Positions 1-10,482 of a stretch of DNA of 64,000 bases are shown here, one piece after another (position 1 is the first letter of the stretch; every line of letters begins with the position of its first letter). Where the stretch lies: positions 960,001 to 1,024,000 of the forward strand of contig OZ219920.1 in assembly GCA_964291415.2 (NCBI GenBank), written 5' to 3'. The position numbers and the translations under genes were made by a program. This DNA is from Alphaproteobacteria bacterium. Lineage in GTDB: Bacteria; Pseudomonadota; Alphaproteobacteria; SP197. The notes below the pieces were generated by a model. The model was not told where the DNA came from. It searched no databases and worked only from the letters and a program-made list of their open reading frames with translations.

Positions 1-27
1 GATGGCCCGGATCACTGTGTTCAACAT
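1..27 (-). CDS. 5' end of a gene running off the window (MLNTVIRAI...), probably the BMP-family substrate-binding protein of the purine ABC transporter
   Basis: ATG at 27 preceded by a GAAGGGGAG Shine-Dalgarno-like sequence. Product inferred only from its position after the two permeases. Confidence 0.4.
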
Positions 28-80
28 TCGCTTCTCCCCTTCATCAGGTCGCTCATCTCACGACCTGGTCTTTGCCGGTC

Positions 81-1007
81 CTACCCCGTGGCATGGAAAC
101 TCCTGCCCAGGCACGCCGGAGCATTGAAACGCATCCTGACATCATCACGCGATATCAGGACCAGCACAACAATGGTGGCGATGTAGGGCAGCATGGACAG
201 GATCTGTGACGGGATGGCAACCCCCAGACCCTGGGCATGAAGCTGGATGATAGTGATGCCTCCGAAGAGATAGGCGCCGAAGAAGGCCCGCCATGGTCGC
301 CACGAGGCGAAGACGACCAGTGCCAGGGCGATCCAGCCCCGCCCCGCCGTCATGTTCTCGATCCACAGTGGCGTGTAGGCAAGGGACAGGCAGGCACCGC
401 CCAGGCCGGCCATGACGCCACCGAAGAGAACCGCCATCAGTCGGATCATGATGACCGGGTAGCCGATGGAGTGCGCCGCGTCGTGGTTTTCGCCGACAGC
501 CCGCAAGGCGAGTCCCGCCCGGGTGCGCTTGAGGAACCAGGCGACCCCGACAACCGAGACAACGGAGAGGTAGACCAGCGCGTCGTGCCCGAAGAGAAGC
601 GGACCAATGAACGGCAGGTCGGTGATGCCGGGAATGTCAAGCTTCGGCAGTCCGGCGAACGTGACTCCGACAAACCGGTGCCCGACAAGGGCGCTCAGGC
701 CGATTCCGAAGATGGTGAGCGCCAGGCCCGTGGCCACCTGGTTGGAGAGGAGCCACAGGGTAAGGCCTCCGAAAATGAACGCCATCAGGGCTCCCGACGC
801 CGCGCCGGCCAGCACGGCGAGAACCGGATCTCCGGTCACGATACCGGTGGCGAAGGCGCCGATGGCGCCCACGATCATCATGCCCTCGACCCCGAGATTG
901 AGGACACCGGATTTCTCGGCAACGATCTCGCCCACGGCGGCGAAGACCAGAGGTGTCGATGCCGTGATGATCGTCATGAGGGCGGCCACGAGGAAGTCGA
1001 TGGTCAT
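81..1007 (-). CDS. ABC transporter permease (nucleoside/purine, BPD_transp_2 family)
   Basis: Highly hydrophobic; EKSGVLNLGVEGMM and AGRGWIALALVVF motifs typical of simple-sugar/nucleoside ABC permeases. Confidence 0.9.
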   Translation of the reverse strand: MTIDFLVAALMTIITASTPLVFAAVGEIVAEKSGVLNLGVEGMMIVGAIGAFATGIVTGDPVLAVLAGAASGALMAFIFGGLTLWLLSNQVATGLALTIFGIGLSALVGHRFVGVTFAGLPKLDIPGITDLPFIGPLLFGHDALVYLSVVSVVGVAWFLKRTRAGLALRAVGENHDAAHSIGYPVIMIRLMAVLFGGVMAGLGGACLSLAYTPLWIENMTAGRGWIALALVVFASWRPWRAFFGAYLFGGITIIQLHAQGLGVAIPSQILSMLPYIATIVVLVLISRDDVRMRFNAPACLGRSFHATG

Positions 1008-1029
1008 GGGTCCTGGTGCACTCTCGGAA

Positions 1030-2088
1030 TCATGGGACGAAGCGGATGCGATAGCGGATGAGAATGTCGCTCGCCAGCAGGAAGAAGAGCAGCATGCCCT
1101 GGAAGACCCCGGTCACCGCATTGGGGAGATTCATCGTGATCTGCGCATACTCTCCGCCGAGGTAGGTGAGCGCCATGAGAAGTCCGGCGAAAACGACTCC
1201 GACGGGATGCAGGCGGCCGAGGAAGGCGACGATGATGGCGGTGAATCCGTAGCCCGGCGAGACGACCGGCACGATCTGGCCGATCGGTCCCGCCACCTCC
1301 ATGACGCCGGCAAGTCCGGCGGCGCCACCCCCTGCCAGCAGCGTTATCCACGTGATCCGCGTGCGGCTGAAGCCCGCGAAGGAAGCGGCGGCCGGGGCAA
1401 GGCCGACGACACGGATCTGGAATCCGATGATGTGCCGGGCGAGCAGGATCCAGGCGGTTGCGGCAATGGCGAGGGCGATCGGCCAGCCGATGTGAAGCCG
1501 GGTCCCTTCAAGCAGTACCGGCAGCCTGGCGGAGTCGTGGAAGAGACGCGATTCCGGGAAGTTGAACCCGTCCGGGTCCCGCCACGGACCGTGGATGAGA
1601 TAGCTCAGGAGGAGGATGGCGACATAGACGAGCATCAGGCTCGTCAGGATTTCGTTGGTGTTGAAACGGGTCTTGAGGAAAGCCGGAATGGCGGCCCAGG
1701 CCATGCCGCCGGCGATACCGGCCACAAACATGAGAGGAAGAAGCAGGGGCGACTCGTGGCCGTAGAGGGCAAGGGCAAGTCCGCCGCCGGCCAACGCTCC
1801 GAGGGTCAGCTGTCCCTCGGCGCCGATGTTCCAGACATTGGCCCTGAATCCCATGGACAGACCCAGCGCGATGAGAACGAGAGGGGTGGCCTTGACCATG
1901 AGCTCGGCCACTCCCCGCTCGGAGGACAGCGGCTGGATGAAGAATGCCTGAAGCGCGCGCACCGGGTCCGTGCCCAGGGATGCGAACATGAGGAGGCTGG
2001 CGGCCAGCGTCAGCACCACGGCGATTGCGGGCGATCCCAGCACCATGGCGCGTGATGCCGCACCCCTCGCCTCGAAGCGCAGGGCCAT
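1030..2088 (-). CDS. ABC transporter permease (nucleoside/purine)
   Basis: WNIGAEGQ and GYGFTAIIVAFLGRLHP motifs. Start placed at ATG 2088 (MALRFEARG), overlapping the ATPase stop (TGATG). Confidence 0.9.
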   Translation of the reverse strand: MALRFEARGAASRAMVLGSPAIAVVLTLAASLLMFASLGTDPVRALQAFFIQPLSSERGVAELMVKATPLVLIALGLSMGFRANVWNIGAEGQLTLGALAGGGLALALYGHESPLLLPLMFVAGIAGGMAWAAIPAFLKTRFNTNEILTSLMLVYVAILLLSYLIHGPWRDPDGFNFPESRLFHDSARLPVLLEGTRLHIGWPIALAIAATAWILLARHIIGFQIRVVGLAPAAASFAGFSRTRITWITLLAGGGAAGLAGVMEVAGPIGQIVPVVSPGYGFTAIIVAFLGRLHPVGVVFAGLLMALTYLGGEYAQITMNLPNAVTGVFQGMLLFFLLASDILIRYRIRFVP

Positions 2089-3590
2089 CACGAGCCCGCC
2101 ATCAGCAGACCGATCCGGCTGGCCGTGGCGTCCGCGGTCTTCATGGGCGCAGACAGCCGGCCTTGGCTGATCACGCACAGGCGGTCGGAAATCTCCATGA
2201 GTTCCTCAAGGTCCTGGGAGATGACCAGCACCGCCGCGCCATTCGCGGCAAGGTCGATGAGCGCCTGGCGAACCGCTGCCGCGGAGCCCGCGTCGACGCC
2301 CCAGGTGGGTTGCAGGGCAATGATGATTCCCGGGTTGTGCGAGATTTCCCTGCCGATGATGAACTTCTGGAGATTGCCGCCGGAAAGGCTCGATGCCGGC
2401 TGCATCACGCCAGGTGTCCTGACATCAAAATCCCTCACCACGGCACTCGCGAAGGCGCGGGCGCGGGCGCTTCTGATGATCCCCCGGTTCACGAGACTTG
2501 ATGTCGCGGCTCCCGAGAGCAGGGCGTTCTCCCACAGCGTCATCTGAGGGACCGCGCCGTGCCCCAGGCGTTCCTCCGGAACGAAGACCATGCCCGCGGC
2601 ACGCCGCCTGTTGGGTCCGGATGTGCCCACCGGTGTGCTGTCCGCCACGATGGCATGATCGTCGGCCAGAGGCGTTTCTCCCGACAGGGCGTCCATGAGT
2701 TCCTGCTGTCCGTTGCCGGCGATGCCGGCAATTCCCAGGACTTCGCCGGCCAGAACCTCGAAGGAGATGTCCTCCAGCGGCGTTCCGTGGAGACGGGACG
2801 ACGCAAGGGAAAGGTGTTTTACCTCCAGACGCGGAGATGCGCTTCCCGCCACGGACGTGCGCCGCGGAAGGGTCAGGTCCGAGCCGATCATGAGTTCGGC
2901 AAGTTCGTGAGCCGAGCGGGTGGCGGGGTCGCACTCGGCAACCACGCGACCGCCCCTCATGATCGTCGCCTTGTGACACAGGTCCCGGATCTCCTCGAGT
3001 TTGTGACTGATGTAGAGAATCGAGACCCCGTCGTCGGAAAGCCGGCGCAGGGTGGCAAAGAGACCCTCGACCTCCTGGGGTGTGAGCACGGATGTCGGTT
3101 CATCCATGATGAGAAGGCGTGGCTCCTGCAGAAGGCAGCGAACCACTTCGATACGCTGGCGTTCCCCCACCGAGAGTGCGTGAACGTGACGCCCGGGATC
3201 GAGAGGCAGGCCATAGCGTCGTGACACGTCGTGAATGCGTTCCTCGAGCCCCGATCGGGCGAAGGACCGTGGCAGGCCCAGGGCGATGTTCTCGGTCACC
3301 GTCATGGCGTCAAACAGGGAGAAGTGCTGGAACACCATGGCGATGCCGAGCCGACGCGCCGCCTTCGGATTGGCAATCCGCCGAGGCCTGCCTTCCCAGA
3401 AGAGGGTTCCGCTGTCTGCCGACTGCACCCCGTAGATGAACTTGACCAGGGTGGACTTGCCGGCGCCATTCTCGCCAAGAAGTGCATGTATCTCACCGGC
3501 TTCGACAGCGATACTCACATCGTCGTTGGCAACGACGCCGGGATAGCGGCGGGTGACGCCCTCAAGGCGGAGTCGGGGTTCTGTGTTCAC
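2088..3590 (-). CDS. ABC transporter ATP-binding protein (two NBDs, CUT2 type)
   Basis: Walker A GENGAGKST, LLIMDEPT, second-domain LSGGNLQK. Confidence 0.95.
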   Translation of the reverse strand: MNTEPRLRLEGVTRRYPGVVANDDVSIAVEAGEIHALLGENGAGKSTLVKFIYGVQSADSGTLFWEGRPRRIANPKAARRLGIAMVFQHFSLFDAMTVTENIALGLPRSFARSGLEERIHDVSRRYGLPLDPGRHVHALSVGERQRIEVVRCLLQEPRLLIMDEPTSVLTPQEVEGLFATLRRLSDDGVSILYISHKLEEIRDLCHKATIMRGGRVVAECDPATRSAHELAELMIGSDLTLPRRTSVAGSASPRLEVKHLSLASSRLHGTPLEDISFEVLAGEVLGIAGIAGNGQQELMDALSGETPLADDHAIVADSTPVGTSGPNRRRAAGMVFVPEERLGHGAVPQMTLWENALLSGAATSSLVNRGIIRSARARAFASAVVRDFDVRTPGVMQPASSLSGGNLQKFIIGREISHNPGIIIALQPTWGVDAGSAAAVRQALIDLAANGAAVLVISQDLEELMEISDRLCVISQGRLSAPMKTADATASRIGLLMAGS

Positions 3591-5899
3591 CGGCAGGAGT
3601 CGCGGGCGAGAATGTCGTCAACCGCCATGAGGATGGCCTCCGGTGTCGCCGGAGCGTCGAGGCGTGGCAGATGACGGTATCCGCCAAGGCGCGCGACGGC
3701 ATCGCGGATGGCGAGCCACACCGAAATGGCCAGGAGAAGAGGCGGTTCGCCGACCGCCTTCGAGCGGTAGATGGTCGGCACCGGATTGGGCATGTCGGGA
3801 AGGATGTGGACACTGAATTCCGGCGCCACGTCGCGGCTTCCGGGAATCTTGTAGGTCATGGGGCCATGGGTCAGAAGGTGTCCGTCGGCATCCCACACCA
3901 GCTCCTCGGAGGTCAGCCAGCCCTGTCCCTGCACAAAGCCCCCCTCGATCTGTCCGATGTCGATGGCGGGATTGAGCGATGCGCCGCAGTCCTGGAGGAT
4001 GTCGGTCTTCAGGACCCGCGATTCACCGGTCAGGGTGTCGATCACCACGACCGCAATGGCGGCGCCAAACGTGTAGTAGTGTGCGGGATGACCCGTCATG
4101 GTGTCGGCGTCCCAGGTGATGCCCGGCGTGGCGTAGTAGCCGGTGGCCGACAGGGACACCCGCTCGTCCCAGGAAAGCTCCGCGAGACGGGCGAAGGAGA
4201 GGCTCTCGTTGCCGGCGTAGACGCGCCCGTGGCGGAATTCGATGGTGTCGACCGCTGCATCCAGCGCCCGCGCGGCCACATCCGCCATGCGGGCCCTGAT
4301 TGCCGTGGCGGCATTGAAGGCCGCCATGCCGTTGAGGTCCGATCCCGAGGAGGCAGCGGTGGCCACCGTGTTGGGGACCTTGTCGGTGCGCGTGGCCGAA
4401 ACCCTGACGTCTGCCAGGGCGATTCCGAAGACCGAGGCGACCACCTGGGCAACCTTGATGAAAAGACCCTGTCCCATCTCGGTGCCGCCATGGTTGAGAT
4501 GGACGCTTCCGTCCGTATAGACATGGACGAGGGCACCAGCCTGGTTGAGCTTCGGCACGTTGAACGAGATGCCGAACTTCGCCGGCATCATCGCGATCCC
4601 CTTCTTCAACGTCCGGTTGGCGGCATTGAAACGCTCGATGTCCCGGCGGGCTCCCTCCCAGTCTGCGGCACTGCGCAGCCGGCTGACGATGGTGCCGATG
4701 AGGTTGTGGGAGACCTGCTGGCCATAGGGTGTCGTGTTGCGGTCTTCAGTCCCGTACCAGTTGGCGCTGCGCACGTCGTCGACGTCGAGACCGAGATGGC
4801 GGGCCACATGCTCGACGACCGTTTCGATGGCGAGCATGCCCTGGGGACCACCGAACCCGCGGAATGCCGTGTTGGACACCGTGTTGGTCCGGCAGGGATA
4901 GCCACGCACGGTGATGTTCGGCAGAAAGTAGCAGTTGTCGACATGGCACATGGCGCGGGTGAGAACCGACGCGCTCAGATCGGCGACATTGCCTGCCCTC
5001 AGCGCGATCATGATGTCGACGCCTTCGATCCTGCCCCTGGAATCGAACCCCGCCGTGTAGCGGATGAGACCGTCATGGCGCTTGCCGGTGACGATCATGT
5101 CGGCATCCCTTCTCAGCCGCAGCTTCGCCGGCCGTCCGGTCTTCGCGGCCACGAGCGCGGCGATTGCGGCGATGATCGACCCCTGGCTCTCCTTGCCGCC
5201 GAAGGCGCCGCCCATCCGCCGTACCTCGACCGTGACGGACGAGAGCGGGATGCCGAGAACCGTCGCCACGGCGTGCTGGACTTCCGTTGGATGCTGCGTG
5301 GAACTGAAGACCTCGAGGTCGCCGTTGTCGCGCGGCACCGCAAGGGCGATGTGGCTTTCGAGATAGAAGTGATCCTGGCCGCCGCAACGAACCTCGCCGC
5401 TGATCCGGTGCCGCGCTTCGGCAATCGCCGCCTCGGAATCACCGCTCTTCATGGTCTGTGGAGGTGATGTATAGGCCTCGTGCCTGAGAGCCTCGTCGAT
5501 GGTGAGGAGAGCGGGACGAGGCGACCATGCGACCTCGACAAGGCCGGCTGCCGTGAAGGCCTCATCGAAGGTCGTGGCGGCCACGGCGGCCACGGGCGCT
5601 CCGGCATAGTCCGCCACGCCGCAGGCGAGCGCCGGTTCACCGTCGGTGATCGGGCCGATGTCGTTGGCCCCGGGAATGTCGGCGGCCGTCAGGACGGCGT
5701 GGACACCGGGCGAGGCGCGCGCCGGCGCCGGGTCGATGCCGACGATTTCGGCGTGGGCGTGGGGAGAGGTCACGAGAACCACCTCGAGGGTGCCCGGAAG
5801 CTCCGGCATGTCATCGATGAATCGCGCCCGGCCGGTGACGTGCTCCAGGGCGCTGTCGTGCGCGGCCCTGGCAAACACCGCTGCATCCGGGGCATTCAT
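3587..5899 (-). CDS. xdhB: Xanthine dehydrogenase molybdopterin-binding subunit
   Basis: HDSALEHVTGRA, GGQDHFYLE, RRMGGAFGGKE, SNTAFRGFGGPQG and SKAVGEPP motifs. Start MNAPD at 5899 overlaps the xdhA stop. Confidence 0.95.
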   Translation of the reverse strand: MNAPDAAVFARAAHDSALEHVTGRARFIDDMPELPGTLEVVLVTSPHAHAEIVGIDPAPARASPGVHAVLTAADIPGANDIGPITDGEPALACGVADYAGAPVAAVAATTFDEAFTAAGLVEVAWSPRPALLTIDEALRHEAYTSPPQTMKSGDSEAAIAEARHRISGEVRCGGQDHFYLESHIALAVPRDNGDLEVFSSTQHPTEVQHAVATVLGIPLSSVTVEVRRMGGAFGGKESQGSIIAAIAALVAAKTGRPAKLRLRRDADMIVTGKRHDGLIRYTAGFDSRGRIEGVDIMIALRAGNVADLSASVLTRAMCHVDNCYFLPNITVRGYPCRTNTVSNTAFRGFGGPQGMLAIETVVEHVARHLGLDVDDVRSANWYGTEDRNTTPYGQQVSHNLIGTIVSRLRSAADWEGARRDIERFNAANRTLKKGIAMMPAKFGISFNVPKLNQAGALVHVYTDGSVHLNHGGTEMGQGLFIKVAQVVASVFGIALADVRVSATRTDKVPNTVATAASSGSDLNGMAAFNAATAIRARMADVAARALDAAVDTIEFRHGRVYAGNESLSFARLAELSWDERVSLSATGYYATPGITWDADTMTGHPAHYYTFGAAIAVVVIDTLTGESRVLKTDILQDCGASLNPAIDIGQIEGGFVQGQGWLTSEELVWDADGHLLTHGPMTYKIPGSRDVAPEFSVHILPDMPNPVPTIYRSKAVGEPPLLLAISVWLAIRDAVARLGGYRHLPRLDAPATPEAILMAVDDILARDSCR

Positions 5900-7335
5900 G
5901 CCTGGTTCACCTGGATGGCCGACTCTCCGGTGACGTCTCGATAGAGACGGATGAGGAGATTGGCGGCGACCTTGAGGCGGTAGGCCGCGCTGGCCCGCTG
6001 ATCGTCGATGGGCGTGAAATCGCGCGCGATGGCGCACCCGGCGTTCCTGACGGTGTCCTCCGACCATGCCTGCCCGGTCAGAAGACGCTCGGTTTCGAGT
6101 GCCCGGGCCGGTACCGCCGCCATGCCGCCGAAAGCGATGCGCATGTCCACGATGCGGTCATCGCAAAGAACGACACGGAAGGCGCCGATCACTGCCGAGA
6201 TGTCCTGATCATGGCGCTTCGAGATCTTCCAGGCGCGAAAGACGCTTCCATCGGCAGGCCTCGGGATCCTGATCCTGGTGATGACCTCTGCATCGCCAAG
6301 CACCGTGCGGCGGTAGGCACGAAAGAACTCCTCCAGAGGCAACCGGCGTTCGCCATCCGGTCCGGCGAGGTCCAGTTCCGCACCCAGCGCCATGAGGCAG
6401 GGTGCCAGATCGCCGACCGGTGAGGCGTTGGCGAGATTGCCGGCCACGGTGGCGGCATTGCGGATCTGCCGCGATCCGAAGCGGCGCATGATGGCGCCCA
6501 GCGCGGGCCATGCCTCCTCGCATGTCGGCAGGGCTTCCGCGACCGTCACTGCAGCGCCGATGCGGAGCTCATCGGCCGTTTCCCTCATGAGGCGCAACTC
6601 CCTGACATGAGAAGTGGAAATGGTAACCGCGGCGTGACGACGTTCCTTGCTGAACTGCAGGCCGACGTCCGTGCCGCCGGCGAGCAGCAAGGCGCCTGGA
6701 TGGGACCGTCTGAGGGAGAGCAGTCCGTCAAGGGTCTCCGGTGCGAGCCACAGGGCATCCCCGGTTGCCAGCGATTCCTGCGGTGCCGGCGCCGCCCTGC
6801 CAGGAGTCTCCCGGTCCGGCGGAGCACTCCTGCACGCCTGGCGTGCCGCCTCGACGATCGGGCGATAGCCTGTGCAGCGGCAGAGATTGCCGGCAAGGGC
6901 CTCGTGAATGGCTTCATCGTCCGGATTTCCGCCCTCCTGGCGCAACGCCCAGAGTGCCATGACAAAGCCTGGAGTGCAGAATCCGCACTGGCTTGCATGA
7001 CTGGAGATCATGGCCTGCTGGACGGGATCGGGAGCCTCATCCCTGCCGGACAGTCCCTCGACCGTCACGAGACTGGCGCCGTCGAGCTGACCCAGGGTGT
7101 AGAGGCAGGCATTGATGGCCTCGGGCCGGGTGCTGCCGTGGCGCACCATGACAACGCTACAGGCGCCGCAGTCCCCTTCCGCGCATCCTTCCTTGGTGCC
7201 CCTGAGGCCGGCTTCGCCGCGCAGGTAGTCCAGCACCGTCATCGTCGGCATGACGGACTGAGCCACGTGCTCGGTGCCGTTCAGAAGGAAGCGCACGCCT
7301 GTCTCCCGGCCGGGGCTACTGAGCGGCGGCGCCAT
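5896..7335 (-). CDS. xdhA: Xanthine dehydrogenase small subunit (2Fe-2S + FAD)
   Basis: GTKEGCAEGDCGAC, SQCGFCTPGF, GNLCRCTGYRPI and AGGTD motifs. Confidence 0.95.
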   Translation of the reverse strand: MAPPLSSPGRETGVRFLLNGTEHVAQSVMPTMTVLDYLRGEAGLRGTKEGCAEGDCGACSVVMVRHGSTRPEAINACLYTLGQLDGASLVTVEGLSGRDEAPDPVQQAMISSHASQCGFCTPGFVMALWALRQEGGNPDDEAIHEALAGNLCRCTGYRPIVEAARQACRSAPPDRETPGRAAPAPQESLATGDALWLAPETLDGLLSLRRSHPGALLLAGGTDVGLQFSKERRHAAVTISTSHVRELRLMRETADELRIGAAVTVAEALPTCEEAWPALGAIMRRFGSRQIRNAATVAGNLANASPVGDLAPCLMALGAELDLAGPDGERRLPLEEFFRAYRRTVLGDAEVITRIRIPRPADGSVFRAWKISKRHDQDISAVIGAFRVVLCDDRIVDMRIAFGGMAAVPARALETERLLTGQAWSEDTVRNAGCAIARDFTPIDDQRASAAYRLKVAANLLIRLYRDVTGESAIQVNQA

Positions 7336-8515
7336 GACGGATCCAGGTTCCGAGAAGCTGCCGCTCCTCGGGTGTCATGCCGGTTTCGTTGCCGAGCGGC
7401 ATGGTGTCGGTTTCCACCGTGGTGATTCTGATCGCCTCGACGTGGCTCAGGATCTCGGCAGCGGTGTTGAAGCGGACATCCTTCGGCGCGGCGTCGAAGT
7501 TCTCGTGGCGGGGTTCAGCCGCATGGCACGACAGGCAGCGTTCGTTGATGATCTGCCGGACCTCGCTGAAGGCGACCCGCTGGGTGGTCGGCCCCTGCGT
7601 TCCTCTCTCGAAGGCCGGCCAGGAGGCAATGATGGCCGCCCCCAGGAAGGGGAAGACAGCCGCGGCCAGGGGCCAGGGCTGGGGCCTGCCGGCGTTGCGC
7701 AGGTTGAACCAGTGACGCACCAGAGCGCCGGAGAGCGAGATGGCGATCAGAAGCAGCCAGTTCAGGGAGTGCCCGAACGTCATCGGATAGTGACTGCTGA
7801 TCATGATGAAGACGACGGGCAGAGTCAGGTAGTTGTTGTGAACCGAACGCTGCTTGGCCTGTCGTCCCAGCAGGGGATCGGGTTCCTCTCCGGCGAGACG
7901 TGCCGCAATCAGCTTGGTCTGGGCCGGAATGATGCGCACGAAGACGTTGATGACCATGACGATGCCGATCAGGGCGCCGACATGCATGTAGGCCGCACGG
8001 CCCGTGAAGATCTGGGTCAGGGCGACGGCGACCGCCGCGAGCGCGACGATGGAAAGCACATTGGCGGGAAGGGGGTTCTCGGCGCCGGCACGTGAAGCGA
8101 AGAGGGCATCATAGGCGAACCAGCCGACCACCAGGGTGGCAATCCCGACACCCACCGCCTGCAGACGGCTGAGCGAACCGGAACCCGCCTCGATCAGATA
8201 GGATTCGGCGCCGAGGTAGTAGACGATGGCGAGCAGCATGACACCGGTGATTCCGGTGAACCCGGCCTCCCACTTGAACCAGTGCAGGGTGCGCGGGATG
8301 GCCGCAGGCGCCACGAGGTACTTGTTGACCTCGTAGAATCCCCCGCTGTGCACCATCCACAGTTCGCCTTCGATGCCCTCCTTGCCGGGTTCGGGCTTCT
8401 CGAGATGGGCATCGAGCCACATGAAGAGGAAGGACGTGCCGATCCAGGCGATGCCGACGATGACGTGGGTCCAGCGGATGACGAGATTGGCCCAGTCGAG
8501 AATGGCGGTTTCCAT
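7316..8515 (-). CDS. puuD: Urate hydroxylase PuuD (membrane domain + C-terminal cytochrome c)
   Basis: RWTHVIVGIAWIGTSF, WMVHSGGFY, LHWFKWEA and RSVHNNY motifs; C-terminal CLSCH heme motif; purine cluster context. Confidence 0.9.
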   Translation of the reverse strand: METAILDWANLVIRWTHVIVGIAWIGTSFLFMWLDAHLEKPEPGKEGIEGELWMVHSGGFYEVNKYLVAPAAIPRTLHWFKWEAGFTGITGVMLLAIVYYLGAESYLIEAGSGSLSRLQAVGVGIATLVVGWFAYDALFASRAGAENPLPANVLSIVALAAVAVALTQIFTGRAAYMHVGALIGIVMVINVFVRIIPAQTKLIAARLAGEEPDPLLGRQAKQRSVHNNYLTLPVVFIMISSHYPMTFGHSLNWLLLIAISLSGALVRHWFNLRNAGRPQPWPLAAAVFPFLGAAIIASWPAFERGTQGPTTQRVAFSEVRQIINERCLSCHAAEPRHENFDAAPKDVRFNTAAEILSHVEAIRITTVETDTMPLGNETGMTPEERQLLGTWIRHGAAAQ

Positions 8516-8520
8516 GTCGC

Positions 8521-9036
8521 CTATTCCCCGAGTCTTTCCGCGATTCGCAGGCTGACGATCCGCCCGATGTTGGCGAGTGCTTCCGCTCTCTCCGTTTGCG
8601 GATCACTCCCGAGCCGCCGCCGGAATGCTTCGATGATGCTGTCGAGTGTATGGTCGCGGACCGCAATGATGAAGGGAAAACCGAACTTTTCCCGATACCT
8701 GCGGTTGAGATCCATGAAAAGGGTGAAGTCCGCATCCGACAGGCGGTCGAGTCCGGCGCTCGCCTGTTCGCGTGTCGAATCGGGTTCAAGGTCACGTGCT
8801 CTCGCCGCCTTGCCGGCAAGGTCGGGATGGGCCCGGATGAAGGCGAGTTTCTCTTCGTCCCGCGCCTCGTCAAGGACCCGCGTCATGGCGTGGATCAGTG
8901 CCGCACGCGACGGGAAGGGGCCATGGCGATGGGCGCGCCGGGCGAACCATGGCGAGCTTTCGAAGACATCTCCGAGCATGGCCGTGAACCCGTCCGCGCT
9001 GGCCCGGTTGATCGCCTCGAGAGTGAGTGCCGGCAC
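8521..9036 (-). CDS. uraD: OHCU decarboxylase
   Basis: AHPDLAGK, STREQASAGL and YREKFGFPFIIAVR motifs. GTG start at 9036 just after the puuE stop. Confidence 0.9.
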   Translation of the reverse strand: MPALTLEAINRASADGFTAMLGDVFESSPWFARRAHRHGPFPSRAALIHAMTRVLDEARDEEKLAFIRAHPDLAGKAARARDLEPDSTREQASAGLDRLSDADFTLFMDLNRRYREKFGFPFIIAVRDHTLDSIIEAFRRRLGSDPQTERAEALANIGRIVSLRIAERLGE

Positions 9037-9037
9037 G

Positions 9038-9976
9038 TCAACCGTTCCCTTCGGCAGGCGGCGGGAACCGCGCCCGCCAATGACGGGCGATGTCGATGCG
9101 CCTGCAGAACCAGACTCCCTCGTGACGACTGGCGTAGTCGACAAAGCGCGTCAGGGCGCCCATGCGTCCGGGACGGCCGGCGAGGCGGCAGTGCAGGCCG
9201 ACCGACATCATTCTGCCACCCTCGTTCCACAGCACATCGAACGCGTCCTTGAGATAGGTGAAGAACTGGTCGCCGGAGTTGAATCCCTGGGGCGTGGCAA
9301 AGCGCATGTCGTTGACATCGAGCGTATAGGGAACGACGAGATGCTGCCTTTCCCCGACAGTCGTCCAGAATGGAAGCTCGTCGCTGTAGTCGTCGGCATC
9401 ATAAAGGAAACCGCCTTCCTCGACGACGAGCCGGCGCGTGTTCGGGCTGGTCCGCCCGGTGTACCATCCCAGCGGACGCTGGCCGGTCAGCCTCGTCTGG
9501 ATGGCGATGGCGCGCTCCATGTGTTCGCGCTCCTCGTCTTCCCCCACCCTCTGGTAGTCGATCCAGCGGTAGCCGTGGGAGCAGATCTCGAAGTCCGCCT
9601 CCATCGCCCGTTCCGCCACGTCCGGGTTGCGTTCGAGGGCCATGGCGACACCGAAGACCGTGACCGGTATCGCCCGCTCCCGGAACAGCCGGAACAACCG
9701 CCACACACCCACCCGGCTGCCGTATTCGTAGAGCGATTCCATGCTCATGTGACGCATGCCTTCGATTGGAACGGCCGCCACGATCTCCGAGAGGAAGGCC
9801 TCGGATGCGGCATCGCCGTGAAGCACGCTGTTCTCGCCGCCTTCCTCGTAGTTGATGACAAACTGCACGGCGAGACGGGCGCCTCCAGGCCAGGCCGGAT
9901 CGGGCGGCGTGGCGCCGTAGCCTTTCATGTCTCGGGGGTAGGGAGCGTCTGGCGGCAAGGTGGGCTTTCGTTGCAT
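9038..9976 (-). CDS. puuE: Allantoinase PuuE (polysaccharide deacetylase fold)
   Basis: YPRDMKGYG, QFVINYEEGGE, ESLYEYGSR, GWYTGR and MMSVGLHCRLAGRPGR motifs. Confidence 0.93.
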   Translation of the reverse strand: MQRKPTLPPDAPYPRDMKGYGATPPDPAWPGGARLAVQFVINYEEGGENSVLHGDAASEAFLSEIVAAVPIEGMRHMSMESLYEYGSRVGVWRLFRLFRERAIPVTVFGVAMALERNPDVAERAMEADFEICSHGYRWIDYQRVGEDEEREHMERAIAIQTRLTGQRPLGWYTGRTSPNTRRLVVEEGGFLYDADDYSDELPFWTTVGERQHLVVPYTLDVNDMRFATPQGFNSGDQFFTYLKDAFDVLWNEGGRMMSVGLHCRLAGRPGRMGALTRFVDYASRHEGVWFCRRIDIARHWRARFPPPAEGNG

Positions 9977-10041
9977 GGTGGTCGCTGCAAAGGTAACACC
10001 GACATTGGATGTGTCCAGCACGTGCGGGGAAGGGAAGGGCC

Positions 10042-10380
10042 ATGCCAGGATTGACGACCCACGTTCTCGATACCGCTTCGGGACGCCCGGCTGCCGGGGT
10101 TGCCGTCACACTCGTCGAGTTGGTCGGAAACGAGCGCCGGGACATCGCCTCTGCCGTCACCAACGACGACGGCCGCACCGACCGGCCGCTCATGGAGAGC
10201 GTGCGCCAGGGCCACTTCGAGATCGTCTTCGACATCGGCGCCTACTTCGCCTCGAGAGGGCCGGGTCCAGGATTCCTCGACCACGTGCCGGTCCGCTTCC
10301 GTATCACCGACACGTCGCGTCACTGGCACGTTCCCCTGCTGGCAAGCCCGTGGGGCTACACCACCTACCGCGGCAGCTGA
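10042..10380 (+). CDS. uraH: 5-hydroxyisourate hydrolase (transthyretin-like)
   Basis: LTTHVLDT, TNDDGR and C-terminal YRGS signature. Confidence 0.95.
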   Translation: MPGLTTHVLDTASGRPAAGVAVTLVELVGNERRDIASAVTNDDGRTDRPLMESVRQGHFEIVFDIGAYFASRGPGPGFLDHVPVRFRITDTSRHWHVPLLASPWGYTTYRGS

Positions 10381-10482
10381 ACCCATGTGAACGCCGTTGG
10401 CACAAGGGACCGGCGCCTTCCCGTCGTCGATGCCAGAGCCCCGCGCGTTCCGGGACCCAGTCCCCGGTAGCGCGCCTCAGCC

